A stretch of DNA of 22,155 bases from a virus (taxonomy: Duplodnaviria; Heunggongvirae; Uroviricota; Caudoviricetes), in IMG/VR virus record IMGVR_UViG_3300050581_000228, one strand, 5' to 3'. The translations under genes were made by a program, and so were the position numbers. Below are positions 21,965 through 22,155 of the stretch, piece by piece. Each line of letters starts with the position of its first letter. Position 1 is the stretch's first letter. The notes beneath the pieces are model-generated. The model was not told the origin of the DNA, ran no database searches, and saw only the letters and a program-made list of their open reading frames with translations.

Positions 21965-22155
21965 AGCTTGATTTCCAGGTGGTAGGTGTCACAGTATTCT
22001 TTCCCGTTGTCCGTCACGATAAGATGCTTGCCGTCTTCGGCCAGCATACCCAGCTTGATTAGGCTTTCGACGGTTGCCCATCGGCAAGCCGGAAACTCCC
22101 CGCAAAGATGCTTGCGAAGCAGACACTTCTCTTGTTGTGGGCTTAGTCTTTTCAT
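21961..22155 (-). CDS. Hypothetical protein, 64 aa or more (start at the window edge)
   Basis: ATG at the last base; possible small winged-helix-like pattern (TVESLIKLGML.....LIVTDNG). Confidence 0.65.
   Translation of the reverse strand: MKRLSPQQEKCLLRKHLCGEFPACRWATVESLIKLGMLAEDGKHLIVTDNGKEYCDTYHLEIKL

Larger units (their letters stand above)
1..22155. mobile_element. Accessory/early-gene region of a mobile element (phage or ICE/plasmid); boundaries not visible
   Basis: About 55 small hypothetical ORFs in tightly coupled (ATGA-overlap) runs, serine recombinase, DUF932 and plasmid-related protein, repeated strong promoters, no housekeeping genes. Confidence 0.8.

Noticed and set aside
1-22155. 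tRNA, rRNA, IS transposase, reverse transcriptase (DGR/retron) or structural phage genes
   Set aside because: No cloverleaf or T-loop motifs, no DDE or YxDD-type RT ORF, and no capsid, terminase or tail-sized ORF seen.

Overview
This window holds no bacterial housekeeping genes and no phage structural genes. It is a dense accessory region of a mobile element (phage early/host-takeover region or ICE/plasmid leading region; the type cannot be settled here), with about 55 mostly small hypothetical CDSs. Recognisable genes are a serine recombinase (1194-2102, -), a DUF932-family protein (20812-21543, -) and a small 'plasmid-related protein' (17883-18155, -). Layout: minus-strand genes (1-4009); a largely non-coding, repeat-rich interval with an AT-rich core (about 4300-5260); a plus-strand block of small genes (5314-9398); a second non-coding repeat field (about 9400-10300); then a long run of minus-strand genes (10318-22155). 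The strongest signals are non-coding. (1) A 15-bp pseudo-palindromic operator, ACGTTGCGCCAGCAT, occurs nine times, seven of them inside sigma70-type promoters, while no recognisable regulator is encoded in the window. (2) Four covarying ~55-nt hairpins sit in front of ribosome-binding sites in the plus-strand block. (3) The plus-strand block lacks CCWGG for about 4.9 kb, is rich in CTAG, and is bracketed by a 19/20-bp inverted repeat. (4) There is an origin/terminus-like structure at 4932-5088. A Planctomycetota host is a weak inference from one protein family. All family assignments are from memory and all counts are by hand; none was checked against a database.
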